A stretch of 49,852 nt of DNA from an uncultured Ruminococcus sp. (GCA_964438725.1 CAYTLG010000001.1:1-49852); one strand, 5' to 3'. Shown: positions 10,002 through 20,240, numbered from the stretch's first letter. Notes: generated from the letters alone by a model not told the origin. Numbers and translations: made by a program.

Positions 10002-10580
10002 ATGAACAAGAACATAATGATAGTAGGCGTAGGAGGTCAGGGAACGCTTCTCGCCTCAAAGATACTCGGACGTGCTGCGATGGATTCGGGTCTTGATGTA
10101 AAAGTATCCGAGGTTCACGGAATGTCTCAGCGTGGCGGTTCTGTTGTAACATATGTACGTTACGGTGAGGAGGTATACTCCCCCGTTATCTGCAAGGGTG
10201 ATGCTGACGTTATCCTCAGCTTTGAGCTTCTTGAGGCTGCACGTTGGCTTCCTAATCTCAAAACAGGCGGAGTTATCGTTACCTCCACACAGCAGATCAA
10301 TCCCATGCCCGTAATCACAGGTGCTGCACAGTATCCCGATGAAATTCTTGCCGACATGAAGATGCTCGGTGTAGATGTACGTGCGTTTGATGCTCAGTCC
10401 ATAGCTGAAGAAGCCGGAAACGTAAGAGCCTCCAACGTAGCACTTATCGGACTTGCATCATCCGTACTCGGCTTTGACCACGAGATACTCAGAAACGCTG
10501 TCGCTGCGTGTGTACCTGCAAAGGCACTTGAGGTAAACATGAAGGCGTTCGACCTTGCGTACGAAACATCGAGAGGCTAA
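10002..10580 (+). CDS. iorB: indolepyruvate oxidoreductase subunit beta
   Basis: 192 aa. IVGVGGQGTLLASKILG marks the gamma-type 2-oxoacid:ferredoxin oxidoreductase domain. It lies directly downstream of iorA. Confidence 0.88.
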   Translation: MNKNIMIVGVGGQGTLLASKILGRAAMDSGLDVKVSEVHGMSQRGGSVVTYVRYGEEVYSPVICKGDADVILSFELLEAARWLPNLKTGGVIVTSTQQINPMPVITGAAQYPDEILADMKMLGVDVRAFDAQSIAEEAGNVRASNVALIGLASSVLGFDHEILRNAVAACVPAKALEVNMKAFDLAYETSRG

Positions 10581-10583
10581 ACT

Positions 10584-11138
10584 GTGGTGGATCTTTTATC
10601 GCTTCAGAAGAAGTTCATACTTCCGCACATAGGCGAGGGAGACACGGTAGCCGACTTCACGATGGGCAACGGATACGACACGGTATTTCTCTCAAAGGCT
10701 GTCGGAGAAAGCGGACGTGTATATGCCTTTGACATTCAGCCCTCCGCACTTATTTCGACCGAAAAGAACCTCAGAGAAAACGGCTGTCCCGACAACTGGA
10801 ATTTGATATGTGCCTCCCACGACCGTGCAAACGAGTTTATCAAGGGAAAAATAAAGGCAGGTATGTTCAATCTCGGTTATCTTCCCGGAAGCGGACAAAA
10901 GCAGCTGACGACTCGCCGAACCACTACGCTCCCTGCTGTAAAGAGGGCAATGGAAATGCTCGGTGAGGACTCGATACTCTGCGTTGCGGTATACCCCGGT
11001 CATCCTGAGGGAGCACTTGAGGGACAGGAGCTGACGGAATATTTTTCGACCATCTCCAGATTCAAGTACAGCATTGCTCAGATACGCATGGTAAACTCTC
11101 CCGAAAGTCCATTTTTCACGATAATCGAAACAAAATAA
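10584..11138 (+). CDS. mnmM: YtqB/MnmM-type class I SAM-dependent methyltransferase
   Basis: 184 aa with a GTG start after GAGAGG. DFTMGNGYDTVFL...GRVYAFDIQ matches the small 'putative rRNA methylase' family now assigned to tRNA mnm5s2U synthesis. Confidence 0.7.
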   Translation: MVDLLSLQKKFILPHIGEGDTVADFTMGNGYDTVFLSKAVGESGRVYAFDIQPSALISTEKNLRENGCPDNWNLICASHDRANEFIKGKIKAGMFNLGYLPGSGQKQLTTRRTTTLPAVKRAMEMLGEDSILCVAVYPGHPEGALEGQELTEYFSTISRFKYSIAQIRMVNSPESPFFTIIETK

Positions 11139-11160
11139 CAAATTCACGGGAGGTGATACG

Positions 11161-12624
11161 GTGAACAACGACCCCAGACGACAAAACGGAAACAGGAGAC
11201 GGCGGCTTTCACCTGAAGAACAACGTCGGCGTGAATACGAGTTACGCAGGAGACGTGAATACGAGAAAATGCGTGAAAAAAAACGCAGAAAGGCTCGATT
11301 CCGTGAAAACATGAGGATTCTTGGCGGACGGCTCATCGTATTTGCGGTAGTACTGCTGATTGTTCTTTTAATATTCGGTCTGATATTCTTCATTTTCTTC
11401 CGTTCCGCACCTGATGCACCGTCTGATAGCGGAAAGGTAACCTACTACTACGGCGGAGCAAAAATACGAACGGCAGATGTAAGTGAAGCGGTGGTTAACT
11501 CATCGTACTACTTCTGTTTCAACGACCTTGCGGACTATCTTGGATTCTACGAAAGTGGAAATGCAAGCGAGATGAAGTTCATACTGTCGAACTCCGTTGA
11601 AGCAAGCAATTCTGCGGCAGGAGACGGAAACGAAGAAATAATAGTCTTTTACACCGACGCATGGCGAGTCACTATAAACGGACAAGACGTAACTCTCGAT
11701 GCTCCGAACAAGCTGAAAGACGGCGAGGTATGGGTCTCTGTGAAGTTCATAACGGACTACATGGAGAACATCTCGGCGGTAGTTAACACTGACAAGGCTG
11801 ACGTAACAATAGCCAGAATAAGGGATGAGGAAGCCTCCGACAACAAGACAACGGTATATCTTCCGGTAACATTCAAGCTGAAATGGTCATCGGAGATAGA
11901 ACCTATTGAGGAAAACCCGCTAATTGGTGACATTGACATAAAGCAGAACTCGGACGGCGAGGAGGGTGAGGTTTCGCTCGACTTTGCGACTGACCTTTCT
12001 GCATACGAGAAGTACATGGCACCTACGGGCGACCTACGTGATGCGTTCCTGACCCTTGTAAACACAGAGCATACTCTGACTGCCGACGACATACCGACAG
12101 ACCTTATGGATGTAAAATTCACAAGCTCGGCAAGAAAGACTCAGCAGCTACGTGAATATGCGGCGAAGGCACTTGAGGCTTTATATCAGGAAATGCACGC
12201 TGCGGGCTACTACAACATGGCTGTATACAGTGGGTTCAGAACCTACACGTATCAGCAGACACTTTTTGAAACCTACACAGCAAACGAAATGGCGGCTAAC
12301 CCGTCTCTGACACTTGAGCAGGCACAGGCAATCGTTCTGACGTACTCGACACGTCCCGGCACAAGTGAGCATCAGACCGGTCTTGCAGTCGATATGGACA
12401 CTCTCGGCACGTTTACGACTGACTTTGAATACGAGCCTGAGTATACATGGCTTCAGGAAAACGCATGGAAGTTCGGATTCATACTCCGTTTCCCGAAAGA
12501 CAAGGTTGACATAACTACTATTCAGTTTGAGCCGTGGCACTACCGCTATGTCGGACGTTATCACGCACAGAAGATTCACCAGTCGGGACTCTGTCTGGAG
12601 GAATACATAGAACAGCTCAACTGA
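11161..12624 (+). CDS. membrane-anchored M15B (VanY-like) D-alanyl-D-alanine carboxypeptidase family protein
   Basis: GTG start after GGGAGGTG. Arg/Lys-rich N-tail plus one TM (LIVFAVVLLIVLLIFGLIFFIFF). C-terminal motifs are SGFRTY, SEHQTGLAVD and EPWHYRYVG. Confidence 0.8.
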   Translation: MNNDPRRQNGNRRRRLSPEEQRRREYELRRRREYEKMREKKRRKARFRENMRILGGRLIVFAVVLLIVLLIFGLIFFIFFRSAPDAPSDSGKVTYYYGGAKIRTADVSEAVVNSSYYFCFNDLADYLGFYESGNASEMKFILSNSVEASNSAAGDGNEEIIVFYTDAWRVTINGQDVTLDAPNKLKDGEVWVSVKFITDYMENISAVVNTDKADVTIARIRDEEASDNKTTVYLPVTFKLKWSSEIEPIEENPLIGDIDIKQNSDGEEGEVSLDFATDLSAYEKYMAPTGDLRDAFLTLVNTEHTLTADDIPTDLMDVKFTSSARKTQQLREYAAKALEALYQEMHAAGYYNMAVYSGFRTYTYQQTLFETYTANEMAANPSLTLEQAQAIVLTYSTRPGTSEHQTGLAVDMDTLGTFTTDFEYEPEYTWLQENAWKFGFILRFPKDKVDITTIQFEPWHYRYVGRYHAQKIHQSGLCLEEYIEQLN

Positions 12625-12658
12625 AAAGCTGATATCGCTTCTTTAAAACAATACAAAA

Positions 12659-12705
12659 CCCCCCTGAGTAATCTCTTTTACGGAGACTATTCAGGGGGAT
12701 TTTTT
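12659..12705. terminator. bidirectional intrinsic terminator
   Basis: CCCCCTGAGTAATCTC ... GAGACTATTCAGGGGG hairpin with two mismatches, flanked by an A-run and a T-run. It lies between convergent genes ending at 12624 and 12744. Confidence 0.8.
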
Positions 12706-12743
12706 ATGAAGTTTTTACGCTTCTATTGATTGCTTACAGGCAA

Positions 12744-13802
12744 TTACTGAGCTGTAAGACCGGAGGATTCGATACCCTGAACGATGTACTTCTGACCGAA
12801 GAGGTAGAGGACAATCAGGGGAGCGATGATAAGGATACCTGCGGTGTTATTGATAGCGGCAGTATAGAGTGCCTGACCTGCATACTGTGTATCAAGCGAC
12901 TTAGGAATCTTAATGATATCGGGAAGCAGCTTGTTACCGGCTGTGGTGAAGAACAGATCGGTATAGAAGTTATCGGTCCACTGCCAGCAGAAGGAGAACA
13001 TGAATACTGTTACCATCATTGTTACGGACAGAGGAAGGATAATGCTGATGAATGTTCTGAATACACCTGAGCCATCGAGGTATGCGGATTCTTCAAGTTC
13101 ATCGGGGAGGTTGCGGAAGAACTGACGGAGCATGAAGATGAACAGACCGTTCTTATATGCAAGACCTGTGAACGAGAGGATGTAAAGCGGGAAGTTGGTG
13201 TTGATCATGTTAATGGATGTTTCGCCGCCTGTAATGTTGATTGCATCAATTACACCACCACCGAGGAACTTCACGATGTTAAGAATATCGAAATATCTGA
13301 ACTTCATGAAGAGGGAGAGCTGGAGAGTTGAATGCGGAACTACCATCGTGAAGATTACGCAGAGGAAGAGGAGCTTGTTACCCTTAAACTTGAACTTTGC
13401 GAAACCGTAAGCGATGAAGCAGCAAACGAAGGTCTGGATAAGACCACAGGAGAGCGAAAGGATGAATGTATTGAGGAGAGCCTCAAAATATCCGTTATCC
13501 GTGATGATCGCCTTATAAGTATCCAGTGTCGGATGCTTAGGAATAAGTCTTACCGTAACGTCAACGAAGTCTTCGGGAGCCATGAAGGAGGAAGAAATCT
13601 TCGAGAAGAACGGGAAGAGGATTACGTAAGAGATACCGAGGAGGAGAAGGAATCTGAACAGATACCAAACTACCTTCTTCACGGTATAGAGGTTAATGAG
13701 CTTTGCCTTAACTCTATCCCAGAACGGTGTACGTTCGAACTCAACTCTGATTTTGTTCTTGGTTTCTTTTGTTACCTTAGGTGCTGTCTGTGCGTTGTTC
13801 AT
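12744..13802 (-). CDS. carbohydrate ABC transporter permease (MalG-like, extended)
   Basis: 352 aa with six or more hydrophobic segments. The EAA loop reads LPDELEESAYLDGSGVFRTFISIILP. It is the last gene of the operon. Confidence 0.85.
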   Translation of the reverse strand: MNNAQTAPKVTKETKNKIRVEFERTPFWDRVKAKLINLYTVKKVVWYLFRFLLLLGISYVILFPFFSKISSSFMAPEDFVDVTVRLIPKHPTLDTYKAIITDNGYFEALLNTFILSLSCGLIQTFVCCFIAYGFAKFKFKGNKLLFLCVIFTMVVPHSTLQLSLFMKFRYFDILNIVKFLGGGVIDAINITGGETSINMINTNFPLYILSFTGLAYKNGLFIFMLRQFFRNLPDELEESAYLDGSGVFRTFISIILPLSVTMMVTVFMFSFCWQWTDNFYTDLFFTTAGNKLLPDIIKIPKSLDTQYAGQALYTAAINNTAGILIIAPLIVLYLFGQKYIVQGIESSGLTAQ

Positions 13803-13820
13803 AAATCATATCCTCCTTTC

Positions 13821-14822
13821 TTAGTCTTTTCTCTGATAGAATACGAATGCACTGAGAAGTCCCGATACAGCTGCGATGAAGAGGATAACTATAAGGAAGT
13901 ACATCCAAGACATTGCAGATGAAAGTACGTTACCGTCTGCCTGTTCGTATACTGAGGAGATATACGCCATAACCCTGTTATCGGATGACGTAAATGCGTC
14001 GATAATTGTGTAAATGGTATTTACGAGAATCTGAGGGCTTACCATCGGGAGTGTGATCTTCCAGAAGGTTTCCCAACCGGACGCACCGTCGATAGAGCAG
14101 GATTCGTAAATAGCGGGGGAGATTGACTGAAGTGCGGAGAGGAAGATAAGCATCTGTACACCGCAACGGTTTACGATATTGAAGATGTTGTTTACCATCT
14201 GAACAACGTATTCAACAACTTCAGTACCGATCATCATGTTATCGAAAAGTCTTTCAACGTCGAGAACTGATACGATTTCAGTCGCAGTCGAGGTCTGGCC
14301 TGAACCATCGTCGATACCGCTTGAGGATTCCATGTAAGAGGAAAGTGTGTTGGAGCTATCAATCTGAGCGATAAGACCTGTTGTAAGAATAACGGGGATG
14401 AAGAATATCGCACGGAATGCTGCACGACCTGCTATCTTCTGGTTAAGGATGATAGCAACGAAGAGGGAGAACAGAACGATTGACGGAATGTCAAGGACGA
14501 GCTGTTTAAGACCGCTTACGAGAGTCGTTACATAGCTTGTATCAACGAACAGTGCATCTGAGTAGTTATCCCAGCCTACGAATGTGAGCTTATAACCACC
14601 ACCGACGAGAATGTCGATTTCGTTGAAGGAGTATCTTATGGAGTCAAAGATAATGGGAAGGTAGATGAGTACAAAACCGAGGAGGAAGGGGAGAATGAAT
14701 ATCCAGCCCGCTCTAGCTTTCTTAACATCAAGAGACGCACCGCGTTTTCTCTTTTTACCGGGAGCATCGACCTGAATCTTCTGCTTTTTTCCGCCTTTTC
14801 CGGCATCAATATTTAAGTTCAT
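13821..14822 (-). CDS. sugar ABC transporter permease (MalF-like) with basic N-terminal tail
   Basis: 333 aa. The EAA loop reads SPAIYESCSIDGASGWETFWKITLP. The N-terminal tail is Lys-rich. Confidence 0.85.
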   Translation of the reverse strand: MNLNIDAGKGGKKQKIQVDAPGKKRKRGASLDVKKARAGWIFILPFLLGFVLIYLPIIFDSIRYSFNEIDILVGGGYKLTFVGWDNYSDALFVDTSYVTTLVSGLKQLVLDIPSIVLFSLFVAIILNQKIAGRAAFRAIFFIPVILTTGLIAQIDSSNTLSSYMESSSGIDDGSGQTSTATEIVSVLDVERLFDNMMIGTEVVEYVVQMVNNIFNIVNRCGVQMLIFLSALQSISPAIYESCSIDGASGWETFWKITLPMVSPQILVNTIYTIIDAFTSSDNRVMAYISSVYEQADGNVLSSAMSWMYFLIVILFIAAVSGLLSAFVFYQRKD

Positions 14823-14840
14823 TTATGCACTCCCCTTTCT

Positions 14841-17800
14841 TTAGTCTATTCTTACGAAGCCGAGGCCTGCGATTGTGTAGGTCTGACCATCGTATTCAAC
14901 TGTGATATCGAATGAGTTGTAGTTGAGGATGAAGTTTACGCCACCTTCGTATTCAACACGAACAACAGAGCCGATCGTTGTCTTATACTTATCGGGAACA
15001 ACAACTTCTTCTTCTTCTTCAACTTCGATTTCTTCACCGAATTCGTTGACGTTACCTGCGGTTTCGTCTTCGTCTTCGTCTTCAGCATCTGTATCTGTTT
15101 CAGTTTCATCTGTTTCAGTTTCATCTGTTTCAGGTTCAGTTGCTTCTGTTGTCTCATCTGTTACAGTATCAGCTGTATCGGCAGGTTCTGTTGTATCGGG
15201 AACAGGAGTACCATTGAGACGTGCCTTGAGTCTTGCTGCTCTTTCTGCCTTGAGCTTTGCTTCTGCCTCTGCTTCTGCTTCTGCTTCGAGAGCTTCTTCT
15301 TCAGCAAGGCGGTCAGCTTCAACTTCGTCTGCATCGGGAACACGTTCTGCGTCCATGAATTCGTGGTCAACGATGTAAGAGGTCTGGAGATCCTTGATTG
15401 CATCATTGAGAACGGTGTAATACTTCGCTACGTCATCCTTCCAGATATCGTAGGATACGGAGTAGTACTTGGAGAGGCTATTGTCTTCCTTGAGTTCGCT
15501 TGTGTTCTGGTAGGAGAGGATGAAGTACATTGCCGCACCGTTTTCGATAGCAGAGAGGATGGACTCATTGATGTCACCTTCCATGTTTGTAGCGGAACCT
15601 GTGAATACCTTAGAACCGTGGTATACCATACCGAGGAAAGGTATAGACTGTGAAGCCTTGGAGTTACCGGAGGACTTAAGAGATGCCTTGAGGATAACGT
15701 CAGCATACTTGATAGCGTAAGCGTTACCGCCTTCGATCATTACGCTGTTGTAATCTTCGTCAATTGCAGCAAGGATATCCATAGTGAATTCCTTGTTGTC
15801 TTCTCTGTGGTACGGTTCATCTTCGTCAAAGTCGGAGTTGAGGTCTGTACCGAGAGTTGTTACTGCGATCGCATCGTTACCATATTCGAGATACTTATCT
15901 GCGAAATAGGAGTAGAGGGATTCAAAGTAAGAGGGAGAAATTGCGAGGGAGAAGCTTCTGTCGAACGACTGTGTAGCAGCGTCATAAGCACGTCTGGTTG
16001 TGTAACGGTCGTCGATAGTGCGGACTGCGTGCTTTCTGAGGGAGATACCGTCATTGAAGCCGCTCATATGCATATAAGCGAAGTCGAAGTCAGGATATAC
16101 ATCAAAATCGTTTTCAGCTGCATAGGATACGAGGTCACTGAAGCCATCGTTGCCGCCGAGAACCTTAGTCCACTTGAGCTGGTGAGGATATTCAGGACGC
16201 ATACCGCCGTTAGCATAGCCTGTGAGCTTGAAGTTCACGTTGCCTACGCCGAGTTCCTTAAGTTCGGTATACATTGTCTTGATATCTTCAAATGTTGTAA
16301 GAGGAGTATCAACGAGTACGGGGAAGGACATTACACGTTCAGTTGTTTCGATAGAACCGAATGTTTCAACGTAGAGCGGGATATCAGCCTTAACGTCTGC
16401 GTCTGTGAACTTTGTGATGTCACCCTTAGCTGTGAGGTAGTCACGGTAAGCAGTAGCCATACCTGTCCAGTCAGCTTTGTAGTAATCTTCTACACCATAT
16501 TCTTCGGCAAGTCTTGTGTCGGAGAGGAATGTGTACTGGATACGGTAGCTTCCTGTGTACTTTCTCTTGGATGTAACAGTCCATGTAGCGTTACCGCTGA
16601 CAGAGATTGAATCCGCAAGGTTGTATTCGTCGGACGGACGAGGTGTGAACATTGCGTATACTGTGTTATAGGGGTGGAGTGAACCGCCGCATACTGCCAT
16701 AAGCTTTGCAAGTGAGTCACCCTCTGTGATGATTGCAAGGAAACCGGAGTTTGTTGTAACTGTTGTATCAGGTTCAACAACTATTTCAGGCATTGTTGCA
16801 CTTGCGGGACCTGTATACCTTTCGCCGTTAGCTTCAGCTTCTGCCTTTGCTGCGTCGATTTCAGCCTGTTCAGCGTCGAACTGTTCCTGAGCAAGAGCTT
16901 CTGCTGCGGACTTAGCATCTGCTGCCTTAATGAGAGACATTTCCTTCGCATATTCAGTAACGATACCGAAGTAAGGCATTCTCATAGCTTCAGAGTGCTG
17001 ACCGTCGATTTCATGGTAAGCGTAGTCAGAACCGTACATTGTGCCGGCAATGTTTACGGACTTACCCTTGAAGTCTTCGTATCTGATGATGGCACCGGAA
17101 CCATCGGGGATTACTGAGTAACCGTTGTTTTCATTGCTACCTGCACCGAAGTAAGGAAGAATGTTAACGGTCTTGAACTGATATGTGGATTCGTCGAATT
17201 CGATACCGTTTGCGGGAAGTCTTACTTCAAGACCGTTCTCGTTAAGGGTATATTCGAGGCTCATACGGAATCTCGGCGGAGCAGCGTCAGCACCGGTATA
17301 GTTGGTGATTTCGTGGTCGTAGTCGAGTTCTTCATATGTGTAGCTGGGGCAGAATGTCTTAATGATTGTTTCAAGCTCACGAAGCTCTCTTGCCTTGATG
17401 TCAGGGTCACATACGTAAACTGCCATTTCAAGGGTGATCGGGAACTTAGCCTGCATTTCCGCAACGCCTCGTTCTGTAAGAGATTCATCGTCCTTATCCT
17501 TCTTGGTGTAGAAGGATACGAGCTTCTGATAGTACCAGTCATCTTCGACCTGGGAAAGGATGAGTTCTTCAAAACGCTCAACCTTAATCATTCTCGGTAC
17601 AAGACGTGTGGTCTGCTCTTCACCGAGGATGTATTCGCAACGGATACCGCCTTTGATGTTCTTCTTTGTTATCTGACCTCTGAGAGCTGCTTCCTTGTAG
17701 CTGTTCATCGACTTCTGTACTTCGTTTTCGAGGTATGTGATGGTGAGCTGGGAAAGGAGCTCCTGCTTTGTTGCATCGGAGATGGTCTGATAGCCGGAGT

Positions 17801-18086
17801 TGATATCATAGGGGTTTGAGAAGAGAACTTCTCCTGTGCTTGTCTTTACAAGTGCAAATTCACCTGTGAATTCCTCATAGTAGAGCTGGAATCCATATGC
17901 TTCCTTGCACAGTATCATGTCGGCGAGCTTTTCTTCGGGTGTTGCATATACTTCCTGGAGGTAGTTTATAATGGGGTCACCATTTTCATTTACCTTATCT
18001 GCATATGCGGCATCTACGGAAACCACAAGGGAACCAAGAAGCATAACCAGAGTCAAGAACGCTGATATAATTCTTTTTGTCTTCAT
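14841..18086 (-). CDS. large secreted protein of unknown function (recalls DUF5696-type proteins; possible TIM-barrel glycan-processing enzyme) with acidic low-complexity linker
   Basis: 1081 aa. Signal peptide MKTKRIISAFLTLVMLLGSLVVSVDAAYA. The central segment KELGVGNVNFKLTGYANGG...YPDFDFAYMH looks like a (beta/alpha)8 glycosidase. A C-terminal EAEAEA / ETDETETDETETD linker precedes a 45-aa beta-rich tail. The family name is from memory, not from a search. Confidence 0.75.
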   Translation of the reverse strand: MKTKRIISAFLTLVMLLGSLVVSVDAAYADKVNENGDPIINYLQEVYATPEEKLADMILCKEAYGFQLYYEEFTGEFALVKTSTGEVLFSNPYDINSGYQTISDATKQELLSQLTITYLENEVQKSMNSYKEAALRGQITKKNIKGGIRCEYILGEEQTTRLVPRMIKVERFEELILSQVEDDWYYQKLVSFYTKKDKDDESLTERGVAEMQAKFPITLEMAVYVCDPDIKARELRELETIIKTFCPSYTYEELDYDHEITNYTGADAAPPRFRMSLEYTLNENGLEVRLPANGIEFDESTYQFKTVNILPYFGAGSNENNGYSVIPDGSGAIIRYEDFKGKSVNIAGTMYGSDYAYHEIDGQHSEAMRMPYFGIVTEYAKEMSLIKAADAKSAAEALAQEQFDAEQAEIDAAKAEAEANGERYTGPASATMPEIVVEPDTTVTTNSGFLAIITEGDSLAKLMAVCGGSLHPYNTVYAMFTPRPSDEYNLADSISVSGNATWTVTSKRKYTGSYRIQYTFLSDTRLAEEYGVEDYYKADWTGMATAYRDYLTAKGDITKFTDADVKADIPLYVETFGSIETTERVMSFPVLVDTPLTTFEDIKTMYTELKELGVGNVNFKLTGYANGGMRPEYPHQLKWTKVLGGNDGFSDLVSYAAENDFDVYPDFDFAYMHMSGFNDGISLRKHAVRTIDDRYTTRRAYDAATQSFDRSFSLAISPSYFESLYSYFADKYLEYGNDAIAVTTLGTDLNSDFDEDEPYHREDNKEFTMDILAAIDEDYNSVMIEGGNAYAIKYADVILKASLKSSGNSKASQSIPFLGMVYHGSKVFTGSATNMEGDINESILSAIENGAAMYFILSYQNTSELKEDNSLSKYYSVSYDIWKDDVAKYYTVLNDAIKDLQTSYIVDHEFMDAERVPDADEVEADRLAEEEALEAEAEAEAEAKLKAERAARLKARLNGTPVPDTTEPADTADTVTDETTEATEPETDETETDETETDTDAEDEDEDETAGNVNEFGEEIEVEEEEEVVVPDKYKTTIGSVVRVEYEGGVNFILNYNSFDITVEYDGQTYTIAGLGFVRID
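14995..15350 (-). repeat. in-frame short tandem repeats encoding an acidic/Ala-Glu linker
   Basis: 15-nt unit GTTTCAGTTTCATCT x2.3 (about 15096-15135), hexamer CGTCTT x3 (about 15065-15083) and GCTTCT/GCCTCT hexamers (about 15259-15290). All are multiples of 3. Confidence 0.8.
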
Positions 18087-18107
18087 ATCTTATCTCCTTC
18101 TCTCTGT

Positions 18108-20240
18108 TTACAACCGGTAAGTGATTTCTTCGATAATATTAGTAACGAAGCTTACTATCTTTGCCATAAGGCTGGAGAACAGTATGCCTATGAACATGAT
18201 GAATGCCATACCTACTACTGTTGCAACGCAAGTGATGATGTTCTTACCTGCGGAGTAGTCGTGTGTTACCATCATTCCAAAGACTACGAGAAGTCCGAGC
18301 CAGATATACGCAAATGTTACGAGCATTGTAACTACGCCGCCCTCAGATGCTGTGAGGAAGTTTGTTGCGATAGTTACGGGAATCATGATAAGCGGGAGAG
18401 GTGTGAGAGCGTAGCAAGCTGCAATGAAAATGTCGCTCATGCTGCCTTCACCTTCGAACAGAGTCGTGAGACACCAGTTAGCTATTACCCAGAGGAGCAG
18501 AGGTGCAAGAACGGCTGAGAACGAAGTCATGATGTTGAATGCTGTGGACGGACGAGGACTGAAGATATAGCCCTGACCGATAGTATTGTAGTAATATGCG
18601 AGGATAGTAATTACGAGGATAACAAGGGCACTTCTTACAGAACCACGCTTTTCATGCTTGAGGTCCCAGAAACCGTCAAACGGGTGGAGCATTACATGGA
18701 AAGCATAGAGAAGTTCTTCCTTGAGGCTCTTTCTACCGAGCTTGAGTGCGGTTCTCTTATTAACCTTAGCAGCGAAGCCGAAGAACTTAGCAAGAAGGAT
18801 GCAGATGACAACGATTACGATCGGAATCATCCAGAAGTACTTGTTAGCCCATTCCTTACGGACTTCCTTGTAAGAGAGAGAATAGTTTTCTGTTTCGTAC
18901 GCGTACTTGAAATATTCCATAGATTCTTCGTACTTACCCTGACGGTAGAGTGCCTTACCTATCTGAATATAAGCCGTGTCGAAATTGTTGTTTCTCTTGA
19001 GAATTTCAGTCCAGTCTTCGATTGTCATATCGTAGAGACGGTTGTTGTTATGCTCGATAGCTGCAAGGAGGAGGTCGCCGTACTCTGTTCTTCTGTAAAC
19101 AACGAAGTTATCGTTTGTCTTATCGAGGAGGAGTATCTTTGAGCCCTGGTAAGCTATTGCTTCAACAGAGTCTACGTTACCGATCTGGTTACCCTTATCA
19201 CCGAATGTGAAGAGGAGGTCACCGTTTTCGTTATAAGTAAATACCTTAGAACGCTTTTCGTCGATGATGGACCATGTTCCTTCGGGACCTACAGCTGCGT
19301 CGATAATCTTGGATGCACCTGTAATGTTCGCAGTGGACATATTTGTAACTCTTACTTCACCTGACGGAGGATAGAAGCCGTTACGCTTCATAACGTCGGA
19401 ACCGGAGGCATTGAGCTTCTTAACAGGAGCGTAGTCAGAAGACTTGGACTTTCCGTTAATAGCACCCTGCTGGTCGGATTCGGAGATGGAGGAAGTTGTT
19501 ACATAGATGAAGTTATCAGAGTCAATTGTGATGTTATTGAACTCTGTGGAGATATATTCTTCTGAATATTCTCTCTGTTCCTGTGTCTGGATGTTTCTCC
19601 AGAGGATTTCGAGGGCACTGATTGTAACCTTCTGAGCACCGATGAATCCGAAGAAGTCACCGTTGTCATTAAGAACGATAATACCCTGGTATGTAGTGGA
19701 TGATACTACGAAGATTCGACCGTACTGGTCAACTGCACAAGCTACGGGCTTGTAGATGGAGCCTTCTTCAAAAAGGTTAGATTCGGGCTTGCCGATAATT
19801 TTAATGTAATTACCTTCTGTGTCGAACTTTACGATACGGTTGTTGTCGGTATCGCAGACATAGATGAAATCTTTATTTACGAAAACGCCCGAAGGATTTG
19901 AAAATGTATCGGGAACACCGTGTTCGTTTGTAAAGGACTTGATTTCAAAGAGGAACTTATAATATCTGTCAAGTACGATAACGCTTGAGGAAGCCGCACT
20001 TACGATATAAACTCTTTCATCAGGACCAACGAACAGGTCTCTGGGGTCGTCAAGAGCTGTTGTGAGACCCATATAAGTTGAGTCAACAACACGGTCCGGC
20101 ACATATGCTGCGGGAGAGGTAAGAACCTGACCACCTGCGGAATATGTGTAAGTTGCGTAAGGGGTAGCCGCTGACACAACAGAGGGAAGGAGCATCATGA
20201 CGCACAGAGCGATAAGGAGTACGCGTATAAATTTCTTCAT
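18108..20240 (-). CDS. NHL-repeat beta-propeller / TPR-like / Yip1-type multi-pass membrane fusion protein
   Basis: 710 aa. Signal peptide MKKFIRVLLIALCVMMLLPSVVSA. NHL-type repeats such as IYVCDTDNNRIVKFDTEGN and RIFVVSSTTYQGIIVLNDNG. TPR-like GKALYRQGKYEESMEYFKYAY. A TM at aa 469-490, then HPFDGFWDLKHEKRGS plus about 5 TMs (Yip1-like). Confidence 0.8.
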   Translation of the reverse strand: MKKFIRVLLIALCVMMLLPSVVSAATPYATYTYSAGGQVLTSPAAYVPDRVVDSTYMGLTTALDDPRDLFVGPDERVYIVSAASSSVIVLDRYYKFLFEIKSFTNEHGVPDTFSNPSGVFVNKDFIYVCDTDNNRIVKFDTEGNYIKIIGKPESNLFEEGSIYKPVACAVDQYGRIFVVSSTTYQGIIVLNDNGDFFGFIGAQKVTISALEILWRNIQTQEQREYSEEYISTEFNNITIDSDNFIYVTTSSISESDQQGAINGKSKSSDYAPVKKLNASGSDVMKRNGFYPPSGEVRVTNMSTANITGASKIIDAAVGPEGTWSIIDEKRSKVFTYNENGDLLFTFGDKGNQIGNVDSVEAIAYQGSKILLLDKTNDNFVVYRRTEYGDLLLAAIEHNNNRLYDMTIEDWTEILKRNNNFDTAYIQIGKALYRQGKYEESMEYFKYAYETENYSLSYKEVRKEWANKYFWMIPIVIVVICILLAKFFGFAAKVNKRTALKLGRKSLKEELLYAFHVMLHPFDGFWDLKHEKRGSVRSALVILVITILAYYYNTIGQGYIFSPRPSTAFNIMTSFSAVLAPLLLWVIANWCLTTLFEGEGSMSDIFIAACYALTPLPLIMIPVTIATNFLTASEGGVVTMLVTFAYIWLGLLVVFGMMVTHDYSAGKNIITCVATVVGMAFIMFIGILFSSLMAKIVSFVTNIIEEITYRL

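Noticed and set aside
10692-11393. 233-aa minus-strand ORF antisense to the methyltransferase and M15 peptidase genes
   Set aside because: The product is Arg/Ser-rich and low-complexity. It spans the junction of two supported plus-strand genes and is a shadow frame.
15807-16610. 267-aa plus-strand ORF inside the 1081-aa secreted-protein gene (also 14923-15378 and 17313-17819)
   Set aside because: These are antisense shadow frames. The Ser/Val-rich product of 14923-15378 is simply the complement of the acidic repeat tract.
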